NCBI RefSeq assembly: GCF_018977255.1
Contig: NW_024704742.1
Span: forward strand, 61,320,001 to 61,384,000
DNA: 64,000 nucleotides
Source: Callorhinchus milii
Taxonomy: Eukaryota
Reading direction: 5' to 3'
Shown here: one piece after another, positions 13,850 through 26,558 of the stretch
Layout of the letters: every line of letters starts with the position of its first letter
Position numbering within the stretch: position 1 is the stretch's first letter
The notes under the pieces: model-generated
Databases searched by the model: none
What the model saw: the letters and a program-made list of their open reading frames with translations, nothing else
What the model was told of the DNA's origin: nothing
Position numbers and translations under genes: made by a program

Positions 13850-15781
13850 AAAGCACGGTGACAAAAGGCACAGTAGAAGGGGAGGGTCTTGAGATGGGTC
13901 TTGAAGGAGGCAAAGGAGGGGGCGAGGTGGAGGGCCTATGGGATGGAGTTCCAGAGGGTGGGGGCAGAGTAGCTGAAGGCCCAATGGTAGGGTGGGCGAG
14001 GCAGGGGACATGAAGCAGGCTGGAGTCCACTGAGCGGAGGAAGCAGGCAGGTTAATAATAATAATAATCCTTGCATTTGATATAGCGCTTTTCACATCGG
14101 GAGGACGTCCCAAAGCGCTTCACAGAACACACGGTAAAGTGAATTGACTGTATATTTGTGGGCGAACGCGGCAGCCAAGTGCGCACAGCAATGTCCCACA
14201 AACAGTCGTAGATAGAAAATGACCAATTTATTATTGTTTTTGGTTTTGGAGGGATTATTATTAGGCTCTGTGTGGAGTAAGGAAACTTGCCCAAGGTTTC
14301 GCCCTGACCTGCCTGGAATTGAACTCAGGTCTCTCGCTTGCAAAGCGAGTGCTCTAACCACTGAGCTACAGGACTCCACAAGGTTGGCAGGGAGTTAAGA
14401 AGTCACAAAGGTAGGGAGGAGCAAGGCTAAAGAGGGCTTTGAAGGTGATGACCACAGTCTTGAACTGTATCCTCAGTGTGATGGGAAGCCAGTGGAGTTT
14501 CGGCGAGGATGGGGGTGATAGAGTCCGGAGACTAGTGTGGGAGAGGCCATGGGCTGCAGAGTTCTGGATGATCTGCAGCCTAAAGAGGGAGGAGTTGGAG
14601 AGTCCGACAAGCAAGGAATCAGCATAGTCAAGCCTGGATATTATGAATGCTTATGTGAGGGTTTTGGTGTCTTCTGGTGTGAGATAATGGCGAAGCCAGG
14701 TGATGTTGCAGAGGTGGGGGAAGGCAGAATGGGTTATGGCATGGTTGTGGGGTAGAAAGGATAGTTGAGAGTCAAACAAGATGCCAAGGTTCCGGATTGG
14801 CTTAATAAGGTGGAGTGTGCATCTTTGATGGTGATGCTGTCAGCGCCTGAGTTGTGGAAACATTGATGGGAGCCAATCAGGAGAGCCTCGGTCTTGTTGA
14901 CATTCAACTGAAAAAAGTTAGCTCTCATCCAGACCTTGATGTCTGACAGACATTCCAGTGGTCCTGGAATCAACGGTGGAGGCAGAGAGACATCCGCTGG
15001 GTGTGGAAGTTGACCCCATGTCTGCGGATGATGTCACCAAGAGGGAGCATATAGATATTAAAGAGGAGGGGACTAAGGACAGAGCACTGATGAATGCCAC
15101 ATAAGATCATGCAGGGGCTAGAGTAGAAACTGTTTGTAGAGATGAAGTGGAGACACTGTGAGAAGTATGATCTGAATCATTCAAGGACAGAACCATGAAG
15201 GTTGAAGTGAGACTGGAGGTGGTGGAGGAGGATCGAGTGGTCAAGTGTTTTGAAGGCATCAGAGAGGTAAAGAAGGATGAGAAGACAGAGGGAGCCCTGG
15301 TTGCAGATGGACAAAATGTAATTTGTCACTTTGACTAAAGCTGTTTCTGTACTCTGGGTGGCACAGAAACCTGATTGGAGAGGTTCATGAAGGGAGTGGC
15401 GGGAGAGGAAGGAGTGGAGATGGAAAGCAATAACTAGTTCCAGGACCTTGGAAAGGAAAGGAAGTTTGGACATGGAGCAGTAGTTCGAGTGCAGGTATGG
15501 GTCTAGGGAGGATTTTTNAAGGATAGGAGTGATGACGGCCATTTATAAAAGGGTGGGAATGGTGCCAGTAGATAGGGAGAGGTTTATGATGTCTGTGAAA
15601 AGAGGGCCAAGGAGGTGGAGCTGGGAGGTAAGGAGAGGGGTAGGGATGGGGTTCAGGGGGCAGTTGGTCGGTTTCATGCGGATTATAATGGTGGTTAGAG
15701 AGAAGGGGGATACAGGTTCAAATGTGTGGAGGGAGGGATAGATGGATAGGGGCTGGGCTGTGAGGGGGAGATGGGGAGGGT
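13850..15781 (-). mobile_element. L2 fragment interrupted by a SINE at 14053
   Basis: SKLPFLSKVLE, QSGF..TETAL and LHWLP motifs. Confidence 0.85.
14053..14379 (-). mobile_element. Young SINE (short subfamily)
   Basis: Near-identical to the 32880 copy. Confidence 0.9.
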
Positions 15782-16102
15782 GTAATAATAATAATAATCC
15801 TTGCATTTGATATAGCGCTTTTCACGTCTTCTAGACGTCCCAAAGCGCTTCACAGAATATATTTTAAAGTGAAATGACTGTATATTTGTGGGCGAATGCA
15901 GCAGCCAATTGCACACAGCAATGTCCCACAAACAGTCATGGATTGAAAATGACCAATTTATTATTGTTTTGTTTTTTTGGAGGGATTATTATTAGGCGTG
16001 TGGAGTAAGGAAACTTGCCCAAGGTTTCGCCCTGCCTGGAATTGAACTCAGGTCTCTCACTTGCAAAGCGAGTGCTCTAACCACTGAGCTACAGGACTCC
16101 AC
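15782..16102 (-). mobile_element. SINE (short subfamily)
   Basis: Matches the 32880 copy along its length. Confidence 0.9.
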
Positions 16103-16875
16103 TACAGGATGTAATAGATGGAAGGGCAGAGGTAGCAGAGCGAATCCCTTTGACTGGTTTCGACGAAGTCCAACATCACCTTACAGTTGGTGTTGGAGGA
16201 GTAGATGGGCGAGGCGTGAGAGGGTGGGCATAGGAGCCGGTTGGTGATGGGAATATTGGGATCAAAAACACATGGCAATAGGTTAGAACAAGAAGAATAG
16301 CACAAGATGGAGCCAAGGGGATACCGCGCACGGCAATGTCAATCTGCGACAAGGGCTCCCTCTATCTTTTCGTCTTTCTTGACTTCTCTGCTGCTTTGAT
16401 ACCATTGACCCTCATATACCCATTCATAAGATCCAGGCTTGACTACGCAAACCCCTGCTTGTCGGTCTCCCCAACTTCTCCTTAAATAGGCTGCAGATCA
16501 TTTCCCACACCGGACTCCATGACTCTATCAACCACATCCTTGCCTGATTCGAATGGCTTCCCATCACACAGAGGATACAGTTCAAGATCCTGGTCTTCAC
16601 TTTCAAAGCCCTCCATGGTCTTGCTTCCCCCTAATTCTGTGGCCTCCTAACCCCCTACCAATCTGTCCGCTCTTTCCACTCAGCGTGCTCGACTCGTCTC
16701 AAGACCCTCCTCTTTGACTGTGCCTTCAATCACCCTCCTGCCCACACTGCCCTCCACAGCCACCGATCCTGAACCCCAGTTCGGGTCCGAAACACTGATT
16801 GTCCAGGACCTAGACGTCCTCCCAATGTGCAAGGTGCTATACAAATGTAATTTTGTTGTTGTTCTTGTTGTTGAT
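16103..16875. mobile_element. L2 pieces (minus 16103..16300; plus, internally deleted, 16330..16875)
   Basis: cttgacttctctgctgctttgatacc motif; TTG tail at 16853. Confidence 0.7.
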
Positions 16876-17386
16876 AATATACAACTCTAAATCCAAACAT
16901 GGATCTCTAGTGGTTGTAACATTAATATAATCTCTTCCAAGGTCTCCTGATAATCTAGATCCCTAGCCCATTCTTAAGTACCGCATCAATTCCTTCTTCC
17001 CCCCAATTAGTGGGGGAAGAGGGAATTGAATCCCAATTGCTGTATTTGTGCTCTGTGCATATGTACAAATGCATTCAATGTTACCCACAATACTTTACTA
17101 ATGGTCCCAAGATGATGAATCAAGCAAAAGTAAGTACTGCAGTATAATGACAGAAAGGAGGACTTGGCACTTACTGTATGCCAATTAAAGTAATCTGGTT
17201 ACTTATGGTTGACTATAACTCATTTTGTCATGCTTCTGTTAAAAACTCTGATGGAAAAACTATAATATAAAAGTATAACAACGTTTTGTTCAGTTACCAA
17301 ATGTTAGAACCCAAATTTGGAAATCTAGGGTTTTATTGAACTGCTTTTTCAGATTCGCTAACATATTCATTCAATGCAGTGCTATT

Positions 17387-17701
17387 GTGGAGTCCTGTAG
17401 CTCAGTGCTTAGAGCACTCGCCTTGCAAGTGAGTCACCTGGGTTCAATTCCAGGCAGGACAAAACCTTGAGCAAGTTTCCTTATTCCACACACCTAATAA
17501 TAATCCCTCCAAAAAACAAAACAATAATAAATTGGTCATTTTCAATCCACGACTGTTTGTGGGACACTGTTGTGCACAATTGGCTGCCACATTTCGCCCA
17601 CAAATATACGGTCAATTCACTTTACAGCATATTCTGTAAAGTGCTTTGAGACATGTAGAAGACATGAAAAGTGCTATATCAAATCCAAGGATTATTATTA
17701 T
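17387..17701 (+). mobile_element. SINE (short subfamily)
   Basis: Matches the 32880 copy along its length. Confidence 0.9.
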
Positions 17702-18247
17702 ATATGTAAGCAATAATTGCTCAGGAGAAGTTATAGATACATCAATTATAATTATACACATAATATGGTCATGGGTAAAGTTTGTGACATTTAATAATCT
17801 AATGTAGGTACTAATTTTTCACAGCTACGCAAGTGGTTCCCTCTATTCAGGTCCAACCTCTGACATATTTATATATCAAATCAATGATGATCATTATTGG
17901 AATTTGTAAGCTCTATTGTTGCTTAGAATTTTTTTTATTTGATATCTACTTATTAGCGTTCTGAGATGCTACCTTTGTGAAGGGAGCCATAGAAATGCAA
18001 GTTATTCTTGTTGTTCTAGGGTTGATTTGTCAAGGAAGGGCAGAGGTTGCACTCGAATACCTTTTAACAGATTAGCCTATTCATTTTAATTTTCTTAATC
18101 TTTACCTATTATCATAATTTACAACACTATTCTCATAGATACCAATCAAGCTAATTAAAACATTAATTAACATAACAGACTGCTACGATAGAGCAAGTTT
18201 GTATTAACCTACACAGGATGGAAATTGCCCAGCTAGGACTATGCTAC

Positions 18248-18340
18248 CTATTAGAACTTTGGATTGCAGCGTTGAGCGTATATCAGTAGAACAAGTAACA
18301 TTATACCAGTTTACCATTACCACAAACTCATTTTGATAGA
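18248..18340 (-). CDS. Exon (1->1) (V)YQNEFVVMVNWYNVTCSTDIRSTLQSKVLI
   Basis: Acceptor ttttacaag, donor AG|gtagca; NEFVVM resembles cGAS NEFDVM. Confidence 0.55.
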
Positions 18341-18686
18341 CTTGTAAAATACTTTCAGAAAGAATAGACCACTAAAAGAAGAAAAATGAATCATTCATAA
18401 AGTTCTATCAATTATTAATTTTAAGAGTTGAAGCGAGTTCTTGTAGCAGAGGATGGAATAGAAATAATTTATAAATAATTACATGATGGTAATCCCAGAT
18501 CAATGTGTGTTGACTGCTTGATTATGATAAACTACACAAAATGTAATAACACCAGTCAATCACAGATATCACATTCATATCTATATTGTAAATAATTGTC
18601 AGTGGTCAGACATCTTTTTCTTTTGAAAAATGGTTTCAAACGTGTGCCTGAACTGAGGAGCTCATGCAGATAACAGCATATCTCAC

Positions 18687-18711
18687 CAGTGACAGCAAAT
18701 TGCTGGCTTCT
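18687..18711 (-). CDS. Candidate micro-exon (0->1) RSQQFAVT
   Basis: Acceptor ctttaaag, donor G|gtgaga; bridges the phases of its neighbours. Confidence 0.45.
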
Positions 18712-18949
18712 CTTTAAAGTTAAGTTGTGAAAATTCGTAAATCCAAATGAATGTGGGATGATTGACGTATGAGAAAAATAATCAATTTTGAATTTAGGCC
18801 AATAAGAAACTTTACATTTATTTAATATAACATAAAAATATTATTCTCCTCTATGATACCAAATTTATCACAAGAGCATATCACTATCCATTACTCTATC
18901 CTGGATGAGCACATGGAAACCTGGTTGTCCCCCGGTGAACCCCCTCCCC

Positions 18950-19470
18950 CTCAAAAGCTGGCCTGGTTACACATTCCCATTAACACATTACACATCCTCC
19001 TTAACCTCACCGCCCACATAAAGTCTCCCACCCACAATTGAGGCAACCCCCTCAATCTCATCATTACTCATGGCCTTGACATCTCTCTATTACGGACATG
19101 GCCATCTTGGACCAACAGCAGAGGGTATGAGCTGCAGAGTTTCCCTCATCTCCCTTTATTTCCACACTCCCTTTTTGCTCTGCCATACTTTCCCCCCCTG
19201 AGTCCCTCGATGGTGTTCTCTCACCCCCTCTCCGGGGCCTCCACCACCAGTGATCTTGATGTAGCTATCAAGCTGCTAAATGGTCTTCTCTCCTCCACTC
19301 GAGATATACTTGCCCCATTGAAATCCAAACTATCTTCCACCCTTCTCACTCCCCCAGTCCAACATCCATCTCTGCTCCCTTAAATCCAAGTCTCATGTGC
19401 TCAAGCACAGATGGCACAAAACCAGCCTGATGGTTCACCCCCAGATCTGGCTCAAACCCCTCTGAACTTG
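18950..19470 (+). mobile_element. Degenerate L2 endonuclease/linker region
   Basis: Pyrimidine-rich; cccacccacaattgaggcaaccccctcaatctc resembles the endonuclease PTH..G..LDL motif. Confidence 0.55.
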
Positions 19471-19479
19471 CCGCCTATC

Positions 19480-19690
19480 ACTCAGAAAAGCCCTGGAGTT
19501 GATTCCTTTTTAGGTATTCATTTAGTTCTCTTTTAAAAGCAAGAATTTGCCTTGACCAACAATCCTGCAAGGACATTCCATATCCTAAACATTCAGAATG
19601 TGAAAAAACATTTCTCCTGATCTCCCCATTTGCTGCCTCACTACCTATTTTAAATTGATGCGCTCTCGTCACTGACCCACTGACCACTTC
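19480..19690 (-). mobile_element. CR1 3' end
   Basis: TRAHQFKI...RRNVFS; AFKRELNEYLK. Confidence 0.75.
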
Positions 19691-20008
19691 TCGTGACTCA
19701 GGGTCATATCCATGCGGTTCACTTGGAGAATTCTGGACTATGTACTTCTTCAGCCCATAGTGGGCTAAAAATAATTCTAAAACGCAAATATCAAACTTGT
19801 CCAGGTGGATAACAAGTTATTCTTGTCGCTAGAATTAAAAATTCATCTACTGCGATTTCCCCCTCCTCACCCCCAAAGTGCTTGTGGCGCTAAGCCTAGG
19901 AAATTTGGTAATCCATTTGGTGATGGGGAGCCAATGGAGCCTGGTCAGAACTGGTGAGATGTAGGTACGGAGTTTGGTCCGGATAAATATGCGGGCGTCA
20001 GAATTATA

Positions 20009-20332
20009 CATAATAATAATAATAATAATCCTTCCATTTGCTATAGCGCTTTTCACATCGGGAGGACGTCCCAAAGCGCTTCACAGAACACACTGTAAAG
20101 TGAATTGACTGTATATTTGTGGGCGAACGCAGCAGCCAATTGCGCACAGCAATGTCCCACAAACAGTCGTGGATTGAAAATGACCAATTTATTATTGTTT
20201 TTTGTTTTGGAGGGATTAATATTAGGTGTGTGGAGTAAGGAAACCTGCCCAAGGTTTCGTCCTGCCTGGAATTGAACTCCGGTCTCTCACTTGCAAAGTG
20301 AGCGCTCTAACCACTGAGCTACAGGACTCCAC
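20009..20332 (-). mobile_element. Young SINE (short subfamily)
   Basis: Near-identical to the 32880 copy. Confidence 0.9.
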
Positions 20333-20375
20333 AGTTCTGAATGAGCTGGATCTTTTGACTGGATTCATTATTCGA

Positions 20376-21757
20376 ACCCCTTCAGTCGGGTTTCCGTGCT
20401 GCCCATAGCACAGAAACTGCCCTGGTCAAGGTCACCAATGACATCCTGACCATCTGTGACCAGGGCTCCCTCTGCCTCCTCGTCCTCCTCGACCTATCGG
20501 CAGCATTCGATACGGTCGACCACGCTATCCTCCTCCACCGCTTGTCCTCCCACCTAAACCTTCAAGGCCCTGTCCTTGAGTGGTTTAGGTCGTACCTCTC
20601 CCACTGTCTTCACTTTGTCTCCACGAATGGCTTTTCCCCCGGCCCCCGCACTGTCTCGTGCGGTGTCCCTCAGGGCTCTGTCCTCGGTCCCCTCCTCTTC
20701 ACCCTCTATATGCTCCCCTTTGGTGACATCATCCGCAGACATGGGGTTAACTTCCACATGTATGCGGATGACACCCAACTCTACCTTTCCTCCTCTACCC
20801 TCAACTCCACGACCACCGATGTCCTGACAGCTGCCTGTCCGACATCAAGTCCTGGACGAGAGATAGCTTTCTCCAGCTCAACGTGCGCAAAACTGAGGCC
20901 CTCCTGATTGGCTCACGTCAGCGCCTCCGCACCTCAGGCGCTGACAGCATCAGCATCCAAGGCTGCACTCTCCACCTCTCAAAGCCGTCAGGAACCTCGG
21001 GGTTCTGTTCGACCCTGAGCTGTCCTTTCTCCCTCACATCCGCGACACAACTGGCACCGCCTTCCATCACCTCCGGAACGTCGCCAGACTAAGGCACTAC
21101 CTCACCCCTCACGCGGCTGAAGCTCTGGTCCACGCCTTTATCACCTCAAGGCTGGACTATGGGAACTCTCTCCTCGCCGGCCTTCCCGGCACCTCCCTCC
21201 ACAAGCTGCAGGTCATTCAGAACTCTGCAGCTCGTGTACTGTCCCGCACCAGGCTTCACGACCACATCACTCCCACCCTCGCTCGCCTCCACTGGCTCCC
21301 CATCCCCCAGAGGATCGAATTCAAGATCCTCATCCTCACCTACAAGGCTATTCACGGCCTTGCTCCCTCCTACCTCTCTGACCTACTATCCCCCTACCTA
21401 CCTGCCCGTACCCTCCGTTCCTCTGGCTCCGGTCTGCTCCACATCCCCCCCAACCGCCCTACCATCGGTGGCCGGGCCTTCAGCCTCTCAGCCCCTAGGC
21501 TCTGGAACTCTATCCCCCAGTGCCTTTGCCTTGCCTCCTCCCTTTCCTCCTTCAAGGCCGGTCTCAAGATCTTTCTCTTTGACCGTGCCTTTAGCTCCCC
21601 TCTCGACTCTCTACCCACTCCTCGCTCCCTCCCTTCCCTCTCCTCACCCTGACCATTTCCCCCCTGCTCGGGTCCTGATCCAACTGTACAGCACCTTGGG
21701 ACGTCCTCCCGACGTGAAAGGCGCTCAATAAATGGTATCTTGTTGTTGTTATTGTTG
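20376..21757 (+). mobile_element. Young 5'-truncated L2 LINE (RT C-terminal half, frameshifted) with (TTG)n tail
   Basis: [23 protein letters not shown] and YADD (20761) motifs; CpGs retained. Confidence 0.9.
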
Positions 21758-21759
21758 TA

Positions 21760-22870
21760 GTGGAGCTGGGAAAAACATCGAGAAGTGCATTTGAGTAATC
21801 CAGGCGGGAGGTGACAAACACATGCACCAGGGTTTGGGCTGCATTTGGGGTATAGTACAGTCGGAGGCAAGCAATGTGGCAGAAGTGGAAGAAGATGGAC
21901 CTGGTCAGGGACCGGATGTGAGGTAGGAAGTACAGCTGAGGGTCAAACCAGATGCCTAAAATGTGTACTGGTTTGGTGAATCTGAGGGAGAGCCCAGAGA
22001 GGTTGAAGAGTTCAGATCTGCAAAAGTGAAGACCTTGACTGGAGCCAAGGAGCAAGGCCTCCATCTTGTCCACATTCAGCTGTAGGAAGTTTGCACTCAT
22101 CTAGGCGCTGATGTCTGCCAGACAAGCTGATAGAACATTGGTGGACCTGGAGTTGGTACTGGAGGAGGCAAGGTAGATTGGTGTGTCATCAGCATACATG
22201 TGGAAGTTTACACCGTGTCTGTGGATGACATCGCCGAGAAGGAGCATATGTAGAAGGAAAAGAAGAAGACCAAGGATGGATCCCTGGGGTACCCCGCAGA
22301 TGACCGGGCGGGGGCAGTTGGTTAAGTAGGACTCAAAACATGTGAGTGCAGAAGGAGGAGAACTGATGAAGAAGGATCGTGTGGTCGACTGTGTCGAACA
22401 CGAAGGAGAGATCCAGAAGGACGAGGAGGGTAACCTGGTCACAGATAGAGAGGACATTGTTTGTGACTTTGACAAGCACTGTCTCTGTGCTGTCGGCAGG
22501 GTGAAAACCAGACTGCAGGGGCTCGAGGAAGGAGTGGAGGGAGAGGTGTGACTGAAGTTGACCTGCAACAATGCATCCCAGGACTTTGGCAAGGAAGGGT
22601 AGGTTGGAGATGGGGTGGAGTATGAGAGATTAGAGGGATCGAGGGTGTTTTTTTGAGGAGGAGTGTGATAACAGTGGTTTTCATGGTGAGTGGAACAGAG
22701 CCTGAGGAGAGAGACTGGTTGATCGTGTTGGCCAGCATGGGGGAGAGAAGGGGGAGTTGCTGGGATGGGAGTGGTTTGAGGTAGCAGGTGGAGAACTTCA
22801 TCTGGGTAATTGTGGGTGAGAGGGAGGAGGGAGAAATGGGGGCAAAGGAATGTAAGGAGGAAGGAGTGGC
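21760..22870 (-). mobile_element. Older L2 RT fragment
   Basis: GVPQGSILG and YADD in ORF 22101..22919; many indels. Confidence 0.85.
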
Positions 22871-23013
22871 AGGAGCCTTGAATATCCCATTTTGAACTGG
22901 TGCCTTCAGAAAAGAACATTGGAATGGAAGAAAATACATCAGAAACTATTGCTGCATTCTAGAGTCCTTTCTTGGCATTATAGATAGTAAATGAAGGCAA
23001 TGCCAATCAATAC

Positions 23014-23202
23014 CTTTGTGAACCAATGGAATTTCCCCCTGCAGATATTACATATCCTAGGGGCGGAGGGGGGGTGGGAAGCAGATGGGCAGAGAGAAAC
23101 ATCTTGCTCTGGTACTCCAGAATGATGAGGTGAAGTAGGCTCAAGGTCCTTCTTCACTGGAATCTCTCCTGTTAGCTTATGATATCTTATGACTTGGTTG
23201 CC
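23014..23202 (-). CDS. Exon (0->0) GNQVIRYHKLTGEIP[VKKDLEPTSPHH...RICNICRGKFHWFTK]; alternative in-frame donor at 23158
   Basis: Acceptor ttctgctaaccag; donors AAG|gtattg (long form) or CCA|gtgaag (short form); only one open frame. Confidence 0.6.
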
Positions 23203-24028
23203 CTGGTTAGCAGAACACAGAGCTATAATAAAGGTGGAACATTGTGAAAGGAAATATTTCATTTTTATCAGGACCAGTTATATTAATGTTTTTCTCAACT
23301 GCAGTGAGCAAAAAAGACAGTAACATCTAATTCAATTCATTTTATAGGCAGCGATTACAGAAAACATAAAAAATAGCATAGATTTGCGTTCTTGTTCTCC
23401 TGTGTTACATAGATTTGGTGAGAAACTTTTTATATGAAGTAATGATTAGCAAAAAGCCATTAAACTTCTTGCAAACAAAAATAATCTATTCACAAATGTC
23501 GGGTATGAGTTCATGGAGTCAGAGGGCTAATTAAATTCTGAAGAAGAGACTGCCAAAATAATTTGCAGTAATGTGTTAACATACTGTATATCATTATACT
23601 TGCTCCGGTATTTCTTTTACTGATTGAATGCTGGGAATTATTGTGCATGAGGTAACTAATCAAGCTCACTGTCAGTTCTTGTCCTCACGATTGTTGACTT
23701 GAGGAGCTGAACCTAAATACCTTCTACTACCATATATTTTGATATATTCTGAGCAAGGAAGCGCTGTGGCTCTTTGTGAAATGTTAACTGTGAAATGTCA
23801 ACTGACGTATTGAGGTTGAAATCTCTCCAGAAGTTTATGATGATATTTTTCTGCAGTGGTTTTTAATTGGCAGTCAGATGGTAGAACCTTGGCTGGCACA
23901 CGACCAAAGTAAGTGTTTATTATTATATCTATTGCTGCCTGAGCTCATCTATCATTTTGTCTTTGAAATATGAAACATTCAGCAAAGAAAGAGATTACAG
24001 AAGAAATGAAAACATATGGAGAATGAAA

Positions 24029-24240
24029 TGGAGTGCTGTAGCTTAGTGGTTAGAGCACTTGCCACGAAAGCGAGAGCACCCAGATTTGATTCTCGGGCAG
24101 GGCAAAACGTTGGGCAAGTTTTCTCACTCCACACGCCTCTGTATACCAAGCAGTAGATAGGAACCTGGTTGTTAGTCAATTGGCAGATTGTTTTTCTGGG
24201 GATAATAATCCCTTCAACAAAAATTGTAAAAATAATATTT
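24029..24240 (+). mobile_element. SINE (long subfamily), 5' half
   Basis: tRNA head plus the extra CORE-like segment. Confidence 0.8.
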
Positions 24241-24379
24241 TTTAATCAATCCCTCCTTCCCCATTTTAAGGCCCATCATAAGTGAGAGGACCTGGGTTAG
24301 ATTCCGTGAAGACCTTCATCTTTGACTGTGCCTACAGTCACCTCACTGCTCCCCAATGTTTCAGAACAGATTTCATTAC

Positions 24380-24452
24380 TTTAGCCATTTTCTGAAAGAT
24401 CTGCCAAAGATTTGTGAGAAATCGCAGAAATTCTTGGACCCAACTATTGGAC
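24380..24452 (-). CDS. Exon (2->0) SNSWVQEFLRFLTNLWQIFQKMAK
   Basis: Acceptor ccctccagtttag, donor gtaatg; amphipathic helix at the position of the cGAS spine helix. Confidence 0.6.
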
Positions 24453-24597
24453 CTAAACTGGAGGGATATTTTGAAACTCAGTTTGACCACCATTATGATG
24501 GAATTAGGGAGGGGGAAGAGGAAATGCAAGCACCAATTAATGGTATTGGTTATCGTTGGCTGCCTTTTTCAGTGATATGATGATCATCAATATCCTT

Positions 24598-24981
24598 GTG
24601 GAGTCCTGTAGCATATTGGTTAGAGCACTTGCCTAACAAGCGAGAGGACCTGGGTTAGATTCCCAGGCCAGGGCAAAATGCTGGGCAAGTTTCCTTACTC
24701 CATGTGCTTCTATTTATCTAGCAGTATGTAGGAATCTGGTTGTTAGTTGACTGGGAGATCGCTTTTTCAGGAGTAATAATCCCTATAAACATTTAAAAAA
24801 AAAAATAATTTGTCACTCAATCCATGACTGTTTGTAAAACACTTCTGTGCACAATTGGCTGCCAATTTTTTGCCCACTAAATATAAAATCAATTAATTTT
24901 ACAGTATATTCTACAAAGTGCTTTGAGACTTCTCAAAGATGTGATAGGACGCTATATCAAATATAGGGATTATTATTATTA
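24598..24981 (+). mobile_element. SINE (long subfamily)
   Basis: Head, extra segment, Deu-like body and tail. Confidence 0.85.
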
Positions 24982-25079
24982 ATGTTAATTAACACATCAT
25001 ATGATGTGATTTTTACCTCTTGCTTCCAATATCGGGAGACTTCCTCTTTCCCAGAAGAAGGTCACATAAGTGGGATTCA

Positions 25080-25380
25080 TCTGCCAGCCCCAACAGTATG
25101 GGTCAGGCTTTCAGCCTTTCTCCCCTCAATCTTTGGAAATCCATCCCACAGACCCTTCACCTCAACACTCGCGCCCCCACCCCCCCACCACTCCCTTACC
25201 TCCTTCAAGGCCTGTCTAAAGACCTTCCTCTTCGACCTTGCTTTCAGTCACCCTCCCTGGCCTCCATGCCTCCTTATCACAACCCCCTGCTCGAGTCCAA
25301 ATCTCTAATTGTCCAGCACCTTGGGACATGCTCCCGACGTGAAGTGCCTATACAAATGTAATTTGTTGTTGTTGTTGTTG
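25080..25380 (+). mobile_element. L2 3' end
   Basis: 3' UTR and (TTG)n tail. Confidence 0.8.
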
Positions 25381-26432
25381 GTAGAGTACATTCTGGCTTT
25401 GAAAAGGGAAATAGACAGGTATATGAATGATAGAGGTTTGAAAGAACTTGGGGATAAGGCAGGGCAGTGGGATTAAATGAACAGTTTGCTCTAGGAACCA
25501 GAGTCCTCGATGGGCTGAATGGACACGTTCTGTGCTGTAAATTTATATTATTCTATCAGCTAGTGGCACATAAACAAGGACAGGGAGCTGAGTGAGAAAT
25601 ATGGTTTGCTCAATAATTCACTTGCAAAAAAAACTTCAATAACTAAACTTTACAGTAAATCCTGTGAGGCACTTTGAGATCTCCTCCTGATCTGAAAGGT
25701 TTCCTATCAAGTGCAAGGTTTTAAGTGTCTGCCTTACTTAGTTGCTGGGGGTGTATAAGAAGTGTCTCCTTGGAGCTGAACTGGCTCCAAGATGATATGC
25801 TTGACTATGTAGGAATCAAATCAACCCTCTGTGGCAGTCTCTCTTGTTCAGTTCCTAAGCCAAGCAGGTCTGCAGTACTCAGGCACTGCTAATGACAGAC
25901 CAGCCAGCCTGTCTCTGAAGTAGGATTTGGAGGCGCAGACCAATAACTGGGGTCAAGGAGGGTATTGCACACTCCATTTCAATACACAGGAATTTCCAAG
26001 TGTATGCAGGAAACATGGAATTCTCATTTTGGTTTGGATATTCTTAAGCTTTATCTTATCTTACTCTTATTTAGTTTACCTTACTCTTAAGATTTCTTAT
26101 GTCAGACATCTGGCTGACCAAAATATAAATAAAGATTCACTTCTTGGTTGTGTTTCCTTCAGGTTTTGGACATCAGATAATCAAGCTCACAGAGACCAAC
26201 TTATTTAGAAATGTATTAACAGTACAATGGAAGCCACTTAAGCTGGACACATTGGGGATAGATATTTAAGTCGTGTCTGAGGTTAACCAAAATTCTTTTA
26301 CCTCTTTCTGCCCAGCAGATCAGTGACCACTTTCTCCCTCCCATTGACTTTCCCATTGGCCGGGAAGGCTACAATTAACGGTGGCTACAAGGTGATTGAC
26401 AGCTTTGAGCCCCTTGGGAATGGATGGGCTCC

Positions 26433-26500
<68 letters not shown>
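26433..26500 (+). repeat. (ATCA)17 microsatellite
   Basis: Perfect tetranucleotide run. Confidence 0.95.
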
Positions 26501-26558
26501 CAATTTGACTCCACCCATTCCCTCCCTTGTTTCTTCCCCATTCTGTGGGGACTCCCAA

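Noticed and set aside
14052..14294. Recurring MGKFPYST... ORFs as a small-protein family
   Set aside because: They are chance translations of SINE copies, with inconsistent frames.
19690..19770. Exon HYGLKKYIVQNSPSEPHGYDPE
   Set aside because: The phase does not fit the 23 kb exon, and its donor falls in CR1 sequence.
20376..21757. Active RT gene
   Set aside because: A 5'-truncated, frameshifted L2 copy.
23014..23060. FYVE zinc finger starting CNICRGKFHWFTK
   Set aside because: I found no in-phase R(R/K)HHCRxCG continuation downstream.
24356..24580. Plus-strand ORF as an exon (also the open plus frame at about 49320..49490 and ORF 8707..8892)
   Set aside because: These are best explained as antisense shadows of minus-strand exons; I found no coherent plus-strand chain.
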